Shown in pieces: positions 1 through 9,247 of a stretch of DNA of 24,000 nucleotides (positions within the stretch are counted from its first letter, which is position 1; every line of letters begins with the position of its first letter). Position numbers and translations under genes: made by a program. A model generated the notes under the pieces. The model was given only the letters and a program-made list of their open reading frames with translations, did not search any database and had not been told where the DNA came from. This DNA is from an uncultured Gammaproteobacteria bacterium (lineage in GTDB: Bacteria; Pseudomonadota; Gammaproteobacteria; Pseudomonadales; Ketobacteraceae), in NCBI GenBank assembly GCA_913063495.1, contig CAJXXT010000016.1, forward strand, positions 2,977 through 26,976, in the 5' to 3' direction.

Positions 1-850
1 ACATTTGATCAAAAATTTGAGCTCCCATCTCTTTTGATGTGGTGGTTCTTGTCACTATTAATGCTGCAGATGTAGATAATAACAATGAAGGTATCTGTGC
101 GACCAGGCCATCCCCAATGGTTAATAGTGCGTAAACTTTCAGGGCATCGGTAAAACCCAGACTATGTTGTGCCATTCCGATCGCTAAACCACCCACTATG
201 TTGATGATAAGAATTAGTATCCCAGCTATTGCATCGCCACGAACAAATTTACTTGCACCGTCCATTGCCCCATAAAAGTCTGCTTCTTGTGCAACATCTG
301 CACGACGTGTCTTTGCTTCATCTTGATCAATCAAGCCTGAATTTAAATCCGCATCAATTGCCATTTGTTTGCCGGGCATGGCATCTAACGTGAAACGTGC
401 ACTTACTTCTGCGATTCTCCCTGCACCTTTGGTAACAACGACAAAATTGATAATTACAAGGATGAGAAATACCACAAGACCTACAGCGTAGTTGCCGCCA
501 ATAACCACTTCACCAAACGCTTGAATTACTTTACCTGCGGCATCACCGCCCTGATGTCCGTCAAGTAATACCACGCGGGTTGATGCTACATTAAGCGCGA
601 GACGTAATAAGGTGGCGACCAGCAGTATGGTTGGGAATACGGCAAAGTCTAGAGGCCTTAGGGAGTAGACGGCTACCAGTAAGACAACAAGGGCAAGTGC
701 GATATTGAAGGTGAAAAACATGTCTAGTAAGAAAGGCGGGATGGGTAATGTCATCATCGCCATGACTACGATCAGGAATATCGGGGCGCCGAGGTTTGCG
801 CTTTTACTTGCTTCTTTAAATTGGGAAGCAAACCCTACAGCTTCTGCCAT
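1..850 (-). CDS. flhA: Flagellar export gate protein FlhA, N-terminal membrane domain (rest of the gene lies beyond the window start)
   Basis: Not in the ORF track because it runs off the edge. My reverse-strand translation from ATG 850-848 gives MAEAVGFASQFKEASKSANLGAPIFLIVVMAMMTLPIPPFLLD. It stays in frame through VVTKGAGRIAEVSARFTLDAMPGKQM (about 360-440), which are conserved FlhA/FHIPEP motifs. The position downstream of flhB is as expected. Confidence 0.9.
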   Translation of the reverse strand, partial: MAEAVGFASQFKEASKSANLGAPIFLIVVMAMMTLPIPPFLLDMFFTFNIALALVVLLVAVYSLRPLDFAVFPTILLVATLLRLALNVASTRVVLLDGHQGGDAAGKVIQAFGEVVIGGNYAVGLVVFLILVIINFVVVTKGAGRIAEVSARFTLDAMPGKQMAIDADLNSGLIDQDEAKTRRADVAQEADFYGAMDGASKFVRGDAIAGILILIINIVGGLAIGMAQHSLGFTDALKVYALLTIGDGLVAQIPSLLLSTSAALIVTRTTTSKEMGAQIFDQM

Positions 851-909
851 TAATGAACACCCTTGGTTTTAGCCAAAAATTTGGCAATTTGTGTTATATG
901 GGTGTTACT

Positions 910-925
910 TGCAAGAAGCTGTCCT
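910..925 (-). promoter_or_regulatory. Candidate sigma54 (-24/-12) promoter for flhA
   Basis: The minus strand reads AGGACAGCTTCTTGCA. GG and GC have the canonical spacing of TGGCACG-N4-TTGC, but the -24 element is imperfect. It lies about 60 nt upstream of the flhA ATG, in the flhB-flhA spacer. Confidence 0.35.
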
Positions 926-951
926 ACTTTTGCGGTTTGTTGTGAAAAACT

Positions 952-2085
952 TTAATCCCGCCTCAAATCATCTGGAACTTCAAAATCAGGTACATTACCA
1001 GGATTATCCCCCTTCCCTTTTGTGTATTCGGTTAACTGATAGACGTATGCCAGAACCTGAGCCACTGAGACGTACAGCCCTGTTGGTATTTCCTGTTCCA
1101 ATTTGGTGTTGTAGTAAATAGATCGAGCTAAAGGGGGGGCGGTAACAATAGTGACCTTATGCTCAATGGCTACACGCTTAATTTGTTCTGCCATTAAGTC
1201 CACGCCTTTTGCCACAAGCCTTGGTGCTGCCATGGTTCCATGTTCGTATTTTAATGCAACGGCAAAGTGAGTTGGGTTGGTAATGATTACGTCAGCATCC
1301 GGTACGGCAGACATCATTCTGTTCTGCGCTATTTCCTGCTGCATTCGTCGAATACGGCCTTTTACTTCGGGCTTTCCTTCTGTGTCTTTGTGTTCGTCTT
1401 TAATTTCTTGTTTGGTCATTTTCATCTGTTTAGTGTGTTGAAACAGTTGAAAAGGTACGTCGATGGCGGCGATAAACAGCAGTGCTGTACTTAGAAATAT
1501 AAAACATTTCCCGACAATTTCGACACCATGGGCAATGGCGGATCGTGGATTTTCGAACCCCAAGGCCATCAAATCATGTTGATAATAGCTTAACGCTAAG
1601 AAACCAAAAAAACCGACAAGTACAAATTTTCCGAATGATTTCACCAGTTCCATTAAACCATTCACTGAAAATATCTTTTTCATTCCTTTGATGGGGTTCA
1701 TTTTGCTCATTTTGGGCGCTAGAGACTTCCAGCTAAATATCCAGCCACCAAACAACCCCGGAACAAACAGGGCTATAAAAGCTAACATTAGAAAAAATAT
1801 GTATAACGAGGAGAACGTAGAAAAAATGGCGTTTTCAAATTTGTGAGCAATAAAGTTTAAATCATAAATTTCTGCGCGCGTTAAACTCATTGTTTCACGA
1901 AAGTTTGCTGTCAGTGCCTCTATCAGTGGCCCTGCCAATAGAAGACATCCCATGGATCCAAATATCATAATTCCTGCGGCGGCCAACTCCTTCGATCGAG
2001 GTATCTGCCCTTTTTTACGGGAGTCATCGATCTTTTTCTGGGTGGGTTCTTCGGTTTTCTCCTGGGCACTTTCTTCATCAGCCAT
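952..2085 (-). CDS. flhB: Flagellar export apparatus switch protein FlhB
   Basis: 377 aa. The N-terminus EKTEEPTQKKIDDSRKKGQIPRSKEL, four TM segments and the autocleavage motif NPTHFAVALKY are all present. GAGGAG precedes the ATG. Confidence 0.95.
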   Translation of the reverse strand: MADEESAQEKTEEPTQKKIDDSRKKGQIPRSKELAAAGIMIFGSMGCLLLAGPLIEALTANFRETMSLTRAEIYDLNFIAHKFENAIFSTFSSLYIFFLMLAFIALFVPGLFGGWIFSWKSLAPKMSKMNPIKGMKKIFSVNGLMELVKSFGKFVLVGFFGFLALSYYQHDLMALGFENPRSAIAHGVEIVGKCFIFLSTALLFIAAIDVPFQLFQHTKQMKMTKQEIKDEHKDTEGKPEVKGRIRRMQQEIAQNRMMSAVPDADVIITNPTHFAVALKYEHGTMAAPRLVAKGVDLMAEQIKRVAIEHKVTIVTAPPLARSIYYNTKLEQEIPTGLYVSVAQVLAYVYQLTEYTKGKGDNPGNVPDFEVPDDLRRD

Positions 2086-2112
2086 AGACTGCTAGTGCTC
2101 CTCTGGGATTAA

Positions 2113-2883
2113 TCACTGGACAATGCTCTTCATGCTCAAAAATGCATGCGCACTCAACGTATCAAACTGTGGTAGCACATTTGGCAACGTCAACCATATG
2201 ATGATTAGTCCTGTTACCATCGTAAATGGGAAACCTATCGAAATAATATTCATTTGTGGCGCTACGCGACTGATCACTCCAAAAGTAAAGTTCACCACTA
2301 ACAATGAAATAACGGCTGGCCACGCCACCAATAACCCTGAGGAAAACAACCAAGATCCCATTTTTGCTAACGCCATTAAACTTTCTTTTGGAAGTGATTC
2401 TCCAATGGGAAGTGTTGTAAAGCTTTCCGATAACATTGAGATAACCGTTAGGTGCCCGTTCATGGTAAAAAACAACAGGTTTACCGACATTAGATATAAT
2501 TGGCTGATAGACGTAACGTTAATCCCGTTCACAGGATCCATTAAGGTTCCGAACCCTAACCCCGATTGCATTGCAACCAATTGCCCCCCCACCACAAATA
2601 TCTGAAATAATATCTGCAGGGTAAATGCCATAACCGCGCCTATCAAAATTTGCTGGCCAATGACAAACATTGACGCCAATGAGAAAGGTTCTATATCAGG
2701 TACTTTTCCAGGTAAATTATTGGCAACAAGTAAGGTAACGGATAATGCAATGGATAAACGTAAACGCGTTGAAACTAACGGTGTGCTGAGAATAGGCATC
2801 ACCATAAAAAAAGCACCCACACGGGAAAATGTCCAAATATATTGGGTTAACAGCGAATAAATGTAATCAACTGCATATTCCAT
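2113..2883 (-). CDS. fliR: Flagellar export apparatus protein FliR
   Basis: 256-aa polytopic membrane protein located between fliQ and flhB, the conserved position and size for FliR. Confidence 0.9.
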   Translation of the reverse strand: MEYAVDYIYSLLTQYIWTFSRVGAFFMVMPILSTPLVSTRLRLSIALSVTLLVANNLPGKVPDIEPFSLASMFVIGQQILIGAVMAFTLQILFQIFVVGGQLVAMQSGLGFGTLMDPVNGINVTSISQLYLMSVNLLFFTMNGHLTVISMLSESFTTLPIGESLPKESLMALAKMGSWLFSSGLLVAWPAVISLLVVNFTFGVISRVAPQMNIISIGFPFTMVTGLIIIWLTLPNVLPQFDTLSAHAFLSMKSIVQ

Positions 2884-2892
2884 TGATTACAT

Positions 2893-3162
2893 TTACCGTA
2901 TTAACGACGGTATATCTGTCAGTAGCCGGACGGTAAATTCCAATATCACATTCCCTAACCAGGGAGCGGTGTATGCAAGTACCGACAACGTCACAATAAG
3001 TCGCGGTAAAAAGCTCAGTGTTTGTTCATTGATTTGAGTGGCTGCCTGAAACATGGAAACTACAAGCCCTACCATCAAACTCGGTACAATAATAACACAC
3101 ACTAACATCATAGCGATGTAGAGAGAGTTTCTCATCAGGTCGGTTACAACTTCTGCGGTCAT
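2893..3162 (-). CDS. fliQ: Flagellar export apparatus protein FliQ
   Basis: 89 aa counted from the internal ATG at 3162, which is preceded by AGGAG (3169-3173). The track start at 3204 is probably too long. Two TM segments and the position after fliP fit FliQ. Confidence 0.9.
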   Translation of the reverse strand: MTAEVVTDLMRNSLYIAMMLVCVIIVPSLMVGLVVSMFQAATQINEQTLSFLPRLIVTLSVLAYTAPWLGNVILEFTVRLLTDIPSLIR

Positions 3163-3261
3163 TGGATACTCCTGTTCTATCTTGTTATATGAAATCATTG
3201 TCACATTAATTACGAATAATTTTTCACTAGCTCTAAAGCTTCGCTAGTTTTTAGAGCTTCG

Positions 3262-4023
3262 CTATGTCGTTCCAAAACTGGCAGCGACGGTACCAATGAT
3301 CATCGCCCAACCATCAACAAACACAAACAACATAATCTTAAAGGGCAACGATACAATTAGAGGTGACAACATCATCATACCCATTGCCATCAATACACTC
3401 GCCACCACCAAATCAATAATCAAAAAAGGAATAAACAACAAAAAACCTATCTGGAATGCCGTTTTAAGCTCACTGGTCACAAACGCCGGAATCACCACCG
3501 TCATCGGCACCTCATCAAGGCTGGCATACTTAACATTATTATTGCCACTTTTCGATAGATCCAAAAATATCGCCATATCGGTTTCACGCGTCTGTGCCAA
3601 CATAAACTTTCGAAAAGGTTTTAATGCCAAATCTAAAGCAACCCCTGCTTCAATTTTTTCATCCATATAAGGCTGTGCTGCTTTTTCATATACCTCGTCA
3701 AAAACCGGCGTCATAATAAATAGCGACAGAAACAACGCCAATCCCACTAGAATTTGGTTTGATGGTGTCTGCTGTAACCCCATGGCTTGTCGTAATATTG
3801 AAAATACAACGATAATACGAGTGAATGAGGTCATCATCATCACAATAGCGGGCAAAAATGACAGCATTGTCATCAAAGCAAGCACTTGAATGGTTACCGT
3901 ATAACTTTGAGACCCATTGCCATTATCTACCAATGTTAACGCAGGAATCCCCGCAACATCAGCGCTGTAGCCTGTAGAGCTGAATAACAGCAATGCGAAT
4001 AACATTAGAAAACGACTAATCAC
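3262..4023 (-). CDS. fliP: Flagellar export apparatus protein FliP
   Basis: 253 aa with an N-terminal signal peptide and the conserved FliP C-terminal region [28 protein letters not shown]. Overlaps the fliO stop by 8 nt. Confidence 0.95.
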   Translation of the reverse strand: MISRFLMLFALLLFSSTGYSADVAGIPALTLVDNGNGSQSYTVTIQVLALMTMLSFLPAIVMMMTSFTRIIVVFSILRQAMGLQQTPSNQILVGLALFLSLFIMTPVFDEVYEKAAQPYMDEKIEAGVALDLALKPFRKFMLAQTRETDMAIFLDLSKSGNNNVKYASLDEVPMTVVIPAFVTSELKTAFQIGFLLFIPFLIIDLVVASVLMAMGMMMLSPLIVSLPFKIMLFVFVDGWAMIIGTVAASFGTT

Positions 4024-4606
4024 TCTTTAGTCCTTCTTTCATTATTTTCTTCATTTTTTCTGAAAAATCAGAGCTAATGGGTGACTTTTTTTCTTCTTTC
4101 ATTGGAGAACTAGATTCATCAACCACATCCAATGTGTGTAGCTTAGTTATGTTCGTAGCGGTTACACCCAGCACTAATCGGGTTCCTTCAATATCAACCA
4201 CAACCACTTTTTCTTTTGCACCGATCGGGAGCACACCACTAACAGACAATGAATTTGTCATTCCAAACTTATTGATATTAAACCGCTTTAACATCCACGA
4301 GCATGCAAATATTAATATCAGCACCCCGCCCAATCCAAAAAACATTTTCCCGATGGCCCCATCACTAACAGCGGGTTTTGTTACAGGTTGGGAATCTTTT
4401 AGTGATGCAAGCAGCGATGCGGTAGAATATGAATTATCAGGAGGGGATTTTGAATCTACGTTAGCGCTAGGGGGCGTAACAGAAGCCAGCACCTCAACAT
4501 TGGCACTGTTTTTTTCTACGCTATTTTCTACGTTATCCTTAGCACTCACTATAGGTGTGAGCAAGATACTTAAAACAAGACTAAATCCTATCGTTTTAAT
4601 ATTCAT
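4016..4606 (-). CDS. fliO: Flagellar protein FliO (long form with N-terminal extension)
   Basis: Lies between fliN and fliP. A single central TM ([19 protein letters not shown]) is followed by the FliO-like region [33 protein letters not shown] at 4606 is preferred over the TTG at 4609. Confidence 0.75.
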   Translation of the reverse strand: MNIKTIGFSLVLSILLTPIVSAKDNVENSVEKNSANVEVLASVTPPSANVDSKSPPDNSYSTASLLASLKDSQPVTKPAVSDGAIGKMFFGLGGVLILIFACSWMLKRFNINKFGMTNSLSVSGVLPIGAKEKVVVVDIEGTRLVLGVTATNITKLHTLDVVDESSSPMKEEKKSPISSDFSEKMKKIMKEGLKSD

Positions 4607-4613
4607 CAATCAC

Positions 4614-5057
4614 CTACCCTAATTTTTTAATTCTCTCAGAGGGACTAATTACATCGGTTAATCGAATACCAAATTTTTCATTCACAACCACAACTTCACC
4701 GTGAGCAATCAAAGTACCATTAACTAACACATCAAGCGGCTCACCCGCTAGACGATCCAACTCTATAACAGAGCCCTGATTAAGTTGTAATAGGTTACGA
4801 ATATTAATTTGTGTCGACCCCACTTCCATCGTCAACGTGACAGGGATATCCAGTATCACATCGAGATTGGGGTTGTCGGCTCCAGCAACCGGCATCGACG
4901 ATGGCGCCGCGTCTGCTTGCGCCATTAAGTCATCGAGAGGTGCCGCGACTGCTCCGGGCATATCCTCTTCGACTTCTTGTTGCTCTAATGCCGCGGCCCA
5001 TTCATCTGCAAGTGCCGCGTCATCAATATCTTCATTTGAACCATCTGAATCAGACAT
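4614..5057 (-). CDS. fliN: Flagellar motor switch protein FliN
   Basis: 147 aa with an acidic N-terminus and a C-terminal SpoA-type domain (LDVILDIPVTLTMEVGSTQINIRNLLQLNQGSVIELD...LVNGTLIAHGEVVVV). GAGGAA RBS. Confidence 0.95.
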   Translation of the reverse strand: MSDSDGSNEDIDDAALADEWAAALEQQEVEEDMPGAVAAPLDDLMAQADAAPSSMPVAGADNPNLDVILDIPVTLTMEVGSTQINIRNLLQLNQGSVIELDRLAGEPLDVLVNGTLIAHGEVVVVNEKFGIRLTDVISPSERIKKLG

Positions 5058-5131
5058 ACATTATTCCTCGTCTTTCTTTTACTTTCATCATTCTTTTACG
5101 TACATGGAAATGTCAGGTGATAGTGCTGATA

Positions 5132-6196
5132 TTATTCAGCACTATTCTTTAATCTCTCATCTTCTTCACGTTCAGCTTTAATTTGCTCTCGAAGAAACGC
5201 CAACCGCGACCCCTTACCACTATCCAAATCGGGTTTTTCAATTTTATTGACTATCTGTACAGCAAGATTGCCATTGGCAGAACCTAGCTTCGCGGTAAAA
5301 GTAGGGATATTATTGGCCTGAATAAGTACCGTTTCAGGCATATCAACCGGAATAATGTCACCTTCCTTTAACTCAGAAAGATCTTTCAAACTGATTTTTT
5401 TCTCTAACAGCTTTCCTTTGAGATTAATAACCGCACCCATAATCTCTTCTCGCAAAGATTTTTGCCAACGCTCATCAGAATCATCAACATCACTTTGCAC
5501 ACCGGCATCTAACACTTCTCGCAAGGGCTCGATCATTGAATAGGGAACCGTCAAGTGTAAGTCACCACCGCCGCCATCTAGCTCCACGTGAAATGAACTA
5601 ACAACAACCACTTCACTAGGGCTTACAATATTCGCAAGGGACGGGTTGACCTCTGAACTCAGGTACTCAAATTTGACCGGTAACACCGCTTTCCAAGCTT
5701 CCTCCATATCCATATAAGCCTGTTGTAATACCATTTGTACAACACGGTTTTCGGTTGGCGTAAATTCTCGCCCCTCTATCTTGGCATGACGGCCATCACC
5801 GCCAAAAAAATTATCAACCAATTTAAAAACAAGTTTTGCATCAAGAATAAAGAGAGCGGTTCCACGTAACGGCTTAAGACGCACCATATTTAATGATGTA
5901 GGAACATACAAGCTGTGAACGTACTCACCAAACTTTATAACTTGAATACCACCAACGGACACGTCGGCTGTTCGACGTAACAAGTTAAACAAACTGATTC
6001 TTGTATAACGTGCAAATCGCTCATTCACCATTTCCAGCGTCGGCATTCGCCCACGAACAATACGATCCTGGGTACTGAGGTCGTAGGAATTAACACCATC
6101 TTCCGATTCCTCCGCCCCCGAATCGACATCGCTATCATCAACCCCGTGTAAAAGGGCATCAATCTCGTCTTGGGATAATAAATCTTGTACTGCCAT
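5132..6196 (-). CDS. fliM: Flagellar motor switch protein FliM
   Basis: 354 aa. Carries the N-terminal CheY-P binding motif LSQDEIDALL. Conserved position between fliL and fliN. Confidence 0.95.
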   Translation of the reverse strand: MAVQDLLSQDEIDALLHGVDDSDVDSGAEESEDGVNSYDLSTQDRIVRGRMPTLEMVNERFARYTRISLFNLLRRTADVSVGGIQVIKFGEYVHSLYVPTSLNMVRLKPLRGTALFILDAKLVFKLVDNFFGGDGRHAKIEGREFTPTENRVVQMVLQQAYMDMEEAWKAVLPVKFEYLSSEVNPSLANIVSPSEVVVVSSFHVELDGGGGDLHLTVPYSMIEPLREVLDAGVQSDVDDSDERWQKSLREEIMGAVINLKGKLLEKKISLKDLSELKEGDIIPVDMPETVLIQANNIPTFTAKLGSANGNLAVQIVNKIEKPDLDSGKGSRLAFLREQIKAEREEDERLKNSAE

Positions 6197-6211
6197 GCTG
6201 CTACAACCTAT

Positions 6212-6709
6212 TTATTGCATAACAAAATTAGTGAAGAGTACCTGCTCTACGCCCTCTTCACCCATTTCATCAATGAGTATTTTTTGCAAATCGTCCAATG
6301 CTGCCTGTCGCATGACTTCCTTGCCTTCTGGTGTTCTCAACGCATCAAACTCTTGCGCGCCAAAGATCTGAACCAAATTATTTCTCACCAGCGGCATATG
6401 CTTTTGTAATGCGGTAATTGTTGCTTCTTTACGTGTCATTACAGCAAGATTAATTTGCACGTAACGTTGTCGACCTTTCCAACTGTAATTCACAACAAAA
6501 GGTGGCTTTAAATCATAATAAATCGCGGGAGAGTTCGATGAGTCCATCACCACGTCATCACTTTCACTAGATCCTCCACCGCTCATCATGAAAAATGCTG
6601 CAGCCCCGCCACCCAAGAGAATCACGATAAGAACAATAATAATGATAAGTAACATCTTGTTCGATTTCGGTGCCGCCTCTTCTTGTTCTTCTTTTTTGTC
6701 ATCAGCCAT
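6212..6709 (-). CDS. fliL: Flagellar basal-body-associated protein FliL
   Basis: 165 aa. Charged N-terminus, one TM (LLIIIIVLIVILLGGGAAAFF), then a periplasmic domain. Sits immediately upstream of fliM. Confidence 0.85.
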   Translation of the reverse strand: MADDKKEEQEEAAPKSNKMLLIIIIVLIVILLGGGAAAFFMMSGGGSSESDDVVMDSSNSPAIYYDLKPPFVVNYSWKGRQRYVQINLAVMTRKEATITALQKHMPLVRNNLVQIFGAQEFDALRTPEGKEVMRQAALDDLQKILIDEMGEEGVEQVLFTNFVMQ

Positions 6710-6788
6710 GAAAATTCACCCTTAGGATTCAATCTTGTTAGATTTCAATTACTTTGCTTTAACACAGCGCCACACTTAACAAAATAAA

Positions 6789-6804
6789 TGCAAGAGCTAT
6801 GCCA
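6789..6804 (-). promoter_or_regulatory. Sigma54 (-24/-12) promoter for the fliL operon
   Basis: The minus strand reads TGGCATAGCTCTTGCA. It matches TGGCAC-N5-TTGCA with exact GG/GC spacing, about 80 nt upstream of the fliL ATG. Confidence 0.65.
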
Positions 6805-6988
6805 CGGAACAAGCCTCGTTAACGTTCATAAAAATCCATATTTATCAATAAGTTACAATTGCAAAAAAATGAGGCCGTCAATGTTTTGGCCATACTTCAC
6901 AAGTGTAGTAGAGAATTTGGATATGAAAACGTCATTTTTATAACAGACGCTTGTTTTTACAGGATTTTTTGGCGGAAAGTTGGCATTA

Positions 6989-7020
6989 CACTGCGCTAGA
7001 AAGTACTTTATAGCGCAGTG
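6989..7020. repeat. 32-bp near-perfect palindrome / strong hairpin between fliK and fliL
   Basis: CACTGCGCTAGAAAGT|ACTTTATAGCGCAGTG pairs at 15 of 16 positions. It lies about 48 nt downstream of the fliK stop. No U-tract follows on either strand. Confidence 0.6.
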
Positions 7021-7067
7021 CTAAAACCAAGAAAACGTAAAAATTGAGGGCCGTATTACCACTAGGT

Positions 7068-9149
7068 TTAAGCGTAAAAATCTACCAGACTGTCTGTTTC
7101 AATGGTAGCAACTAGGCCGTCGCCCCCCACAGTATCATCATCACTGTCTTGACCCTTAGCGTTTGCCGCCAAACCACGTTCGTCTTCATTACCTTTATCA
7201 TGGCGGTCATGTGTTAGGTTTTCTTGAATATCAACATTATCAACATCAACACCGTTTTGCTCTAACATATCTCGTAACCGCTGGGCTCCTTGTTCCAATG
7301 CATCACGTGTTACCGAATGCTGACTTGCAAAAACGATACTCGCCTGTTGGTCTTGATTAAACTTAATCGATACATCAATCGAACCTAACTCTGCTGGGTT
7401 TAACTTAATCTCAGCTTCCTGAATTTTCTGACCAATCATCATCATAATGCGTTGATTAAACTCAGGAATAAAACCTGGCTTGTTCAACGGCGTCGCAATA
7501 GAGGTTGATAAGGGCTTTGCTTCTTCGGTTTTGATGGAGGACATTTGCTCTAACGCACGACCAAACGAACTGGGTTTCACACCCTCATCTACAGAAGCCT
7601 TTTTCACGTCCTGACCGGGAATACGTAACTGCCTTAGCCCTTCCATGCCTTGGCTCAGGCGCTTATCAAGCGCTAACAATTTATCTGCTTGTGGGGTCAT
7701 TACATCTTCAGCCCCCGCCTTAGACATGGCAGCACCCTCTAAGCGCCCACCTTCCAATCTCCCTCCTTCTAATAGCACCTTACGTTCCTGCATCATTTGC
7801 TTTAATTCATCCGATGACAAATCGGCTTGTTTCAAAAAGGTAGGTTCTGCCAAACGGTCTGAGCGGTTAACCGACTCAATTGCCTGACTAAGGGGAAGTA
7901 TTTTTGATCCAGGCAATGCCTTTTCTAAAGGGTTTTCTGCTGATCGCTTAGCATCAAGTAATCGAGCGACATCATCCATGCTCCGAAGGGCGCCTGCAGA
8001 CTCAGCCTTGGCGGCATTAAGTTCAGCCACTTTTACCGTTTCAGCTTGCCCCTCAGGTTTAATGATGGCATCCGATAACATGGCGGGATCATTTGCCTTA
8101 CTCAAAGCAACACCCTGCATATCTTCTGGTGAAGTGCTTGAAATCTCAGACTCCAGTACACTCGTGATTTTTGATTCCGAAATAGGTGTTGGTTCTTTAC
8201 CGGTATTGGTATCAACAGAGGCACTAGCTACACTACTTTCCATAACCTCTAGGTAATCACTATTGGCGGCAGCTTGATCGACACGTATATCAGCACTTAT
8301 ATCAGCACCATCATCAACACCCCCGTCAGCACCTAATGTTTGCTCCATCCATTGTGCCAATGTAGACATTGGGATAGTGGATTCTGATTCAGAATCCACT
8401 ATCCCTGTAACCTCATTAGCCGACGTTACATCAGCATCACTGAGCTGCTGAAGAATATAGGGAGACAACACTACCTCATCAACCGCCGGGGTTATCTCAC
8501 CTTTTGACCCTTGTTGTGCGTTATCAGCCTGCTCCTGTTGAAGCATTTGATCTTTAGACTGAGTACCTGACTGTTTAGCTTGCGCTAACTGTGATTCGGT
8601 TTGCTTAGACTGAGCCTGTTGCGTCTGCCTTATTTCTGCGTTTGCACCCTCACGCTGAGCACTATTTTGCTGTGAACGATCTTGCCGAGCACTATCTTGC
8701 TGAAAACTATCTTGCCGAGAGTTTTTCTGTGAAGCCAGGTCTTCGGCACGGTTATTCTCTCGATCTGCCTGCCTTACCCGGTCATTCCCATTATCTGGCA
8801 AACGCTTGCCGCTTTCCTGCTGTTGATTTCTACGATCAGCCTGGCTGATTCGCTCATCTCGCCTATTTTGCTCGGTTCGACGTGCATCATCTGCCTGTCT
8901 ATCTGCTCGTTGAGACGCTCTCTCATCCGCTCTAATATCCGCTTGGCGAGCGTCTTGCTGTCGGCTTTCTTGATTTTTTTGACGTGAACGCTGCTCATTT
9001 CGAGCATCCACTTGGCGCTGATATTCTTGATTAAAGGCCTGCCTTTCATCACCAACCGATTGATTTACAACAGAACTTCTACCTGCACCAAGATCAACAT
9101 CGGGGGCATTGGTACTGACAGAAATAGGCAAGGCAATATCAGCTGGCAT
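7068..9149 (-). CDS. fliK: Flagellar hook-length control protein FliK
   Basis: The C-terminus has a Flg_hook-type domain (IKLNPAELGSIDVSIKFNQDQQASIVFASQHSVTRDALEQGAQRLRDMLEQNG). The centre is long and Q/R/D/S-rich low complexity. ATG at 9149 with AGGAG (9158-9162) is preferred over the track's TTG at 9188. Confidence 0.85.
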   Translation of the reverse strand: MPADIALPISVSTNAPDVDLGAGRSSVVNQSVGDERQAFNQEYQRQVDARNEQRSRQKNQESRQQDARQADIRADERASQRADRQADDARRTEQNRRDERISQADRRNQQQESGKRLPDNGNDRVRQADRENNRAEDLASQKNSRQDSFQQDSARQDRSQQNSAQREGANAEIRQTQQAQSKQTESQLAQAKQSGTQSKDQMLQQEQADNAQQGSKGEITPAVDEVVLSPYILQQLSDADVTSANEVTGIVDSESESTIPMSTLAQWMEQTLGADGGVDDGADISADIRVDQAAANSDYLEVMESSVASASVDTNTGKEPTPISESKITSVLESEISSTSPEDMQGVALSKANDPAMLSDAIIKPEGQAETVKVAELNAAKAESAGALRSMDDVARLLDAKRSAENPLEKALPGSKILPLSQAIESVNRSDRLAEPTFLKQADLSSDELKQMMQERKVLLEGGRLEGGRLEGAAMSKAGAEDVMTPQADKLLALDKRLSQGMEGLRQLRIPGQDVKKASVDEGVKPSSFGRALEQMSSIKTEEAKPLSTSIATPLNKPGFIPEFNQRIMMMIGQKIQEAEIKLNPAELGSIDVSIKFNQDQQASIVFASQHSVTRDALEQGAQRLRDMLEQNGVDVDNVDIQENLTHDRHDKGNEDERGLAANAKGQDSDDDTVGGDGLVATIETDSLVDFYA
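7734..7772 (-). repeat. In-frame tandem repeat LEGGR-LEGGR-LEG inside fliK
   Basis: Read directly: tta gaa gga ggg aga / ttg gaa ggt ggg cgc / tta gag ggt. The copies differ in their codons. Confidence 0.8.
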
Positions 9150-9247
9150 CGTAGTAACTCCTGAACGCAATGGCAGATCACACGTCAATCACAGGAAAAC
9201 ACTGTGAGCATGGGATTCGTTATAGCAAATGCTATTAGCCATTATTC

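Noticed and set aside
947-954. Sigma28-like -35 element TAAAGTTT overlapping the flhB stop, as a possible flhA promoter
   Set aside because: The corresponding -10 region (CCGCAAAA) matches GCCGATAA poorly. The sigma54-like motif at 910-925 is at least as plausible.
891-1494. ORFs 891-1121(+) and 1267-1494(+)
   Set aside because: They are antisense to flhB and the flhA-flhB spacer, with no RBS and no motif support.
2123-5181. Plus-strand ORFs of 63-181 aa (2123-2605, 2660-2860, 3296-3670, 4077-4622, 4837-5181, 4901-5152) and the minus-strand alternate-frame ORF 2162-2353
   Set aside because: All lie entirely within well-supported flagellar genes, either antisense or in another frame. Their translations are low-complexity and have no recognisable motifs. 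They are typical shadow ORFs.
7163-9055. ORFs inside fliK on either strand (7163-7360, 7645-7887, 7978-8256, 8642-8848, 8774-9055)
   Set aside because: These are shadow or alternative-frame ORFs generated by the repetitive, biased composition of fliK.
9150-9188. Track start (TTG at 9188) for fliK, and the start at 3204 for fliQ
   Set aside because: Internal ATGs at 9149 and 3162 are each preceded by AGGAG at proper spacing and give N-termini typical of the families.
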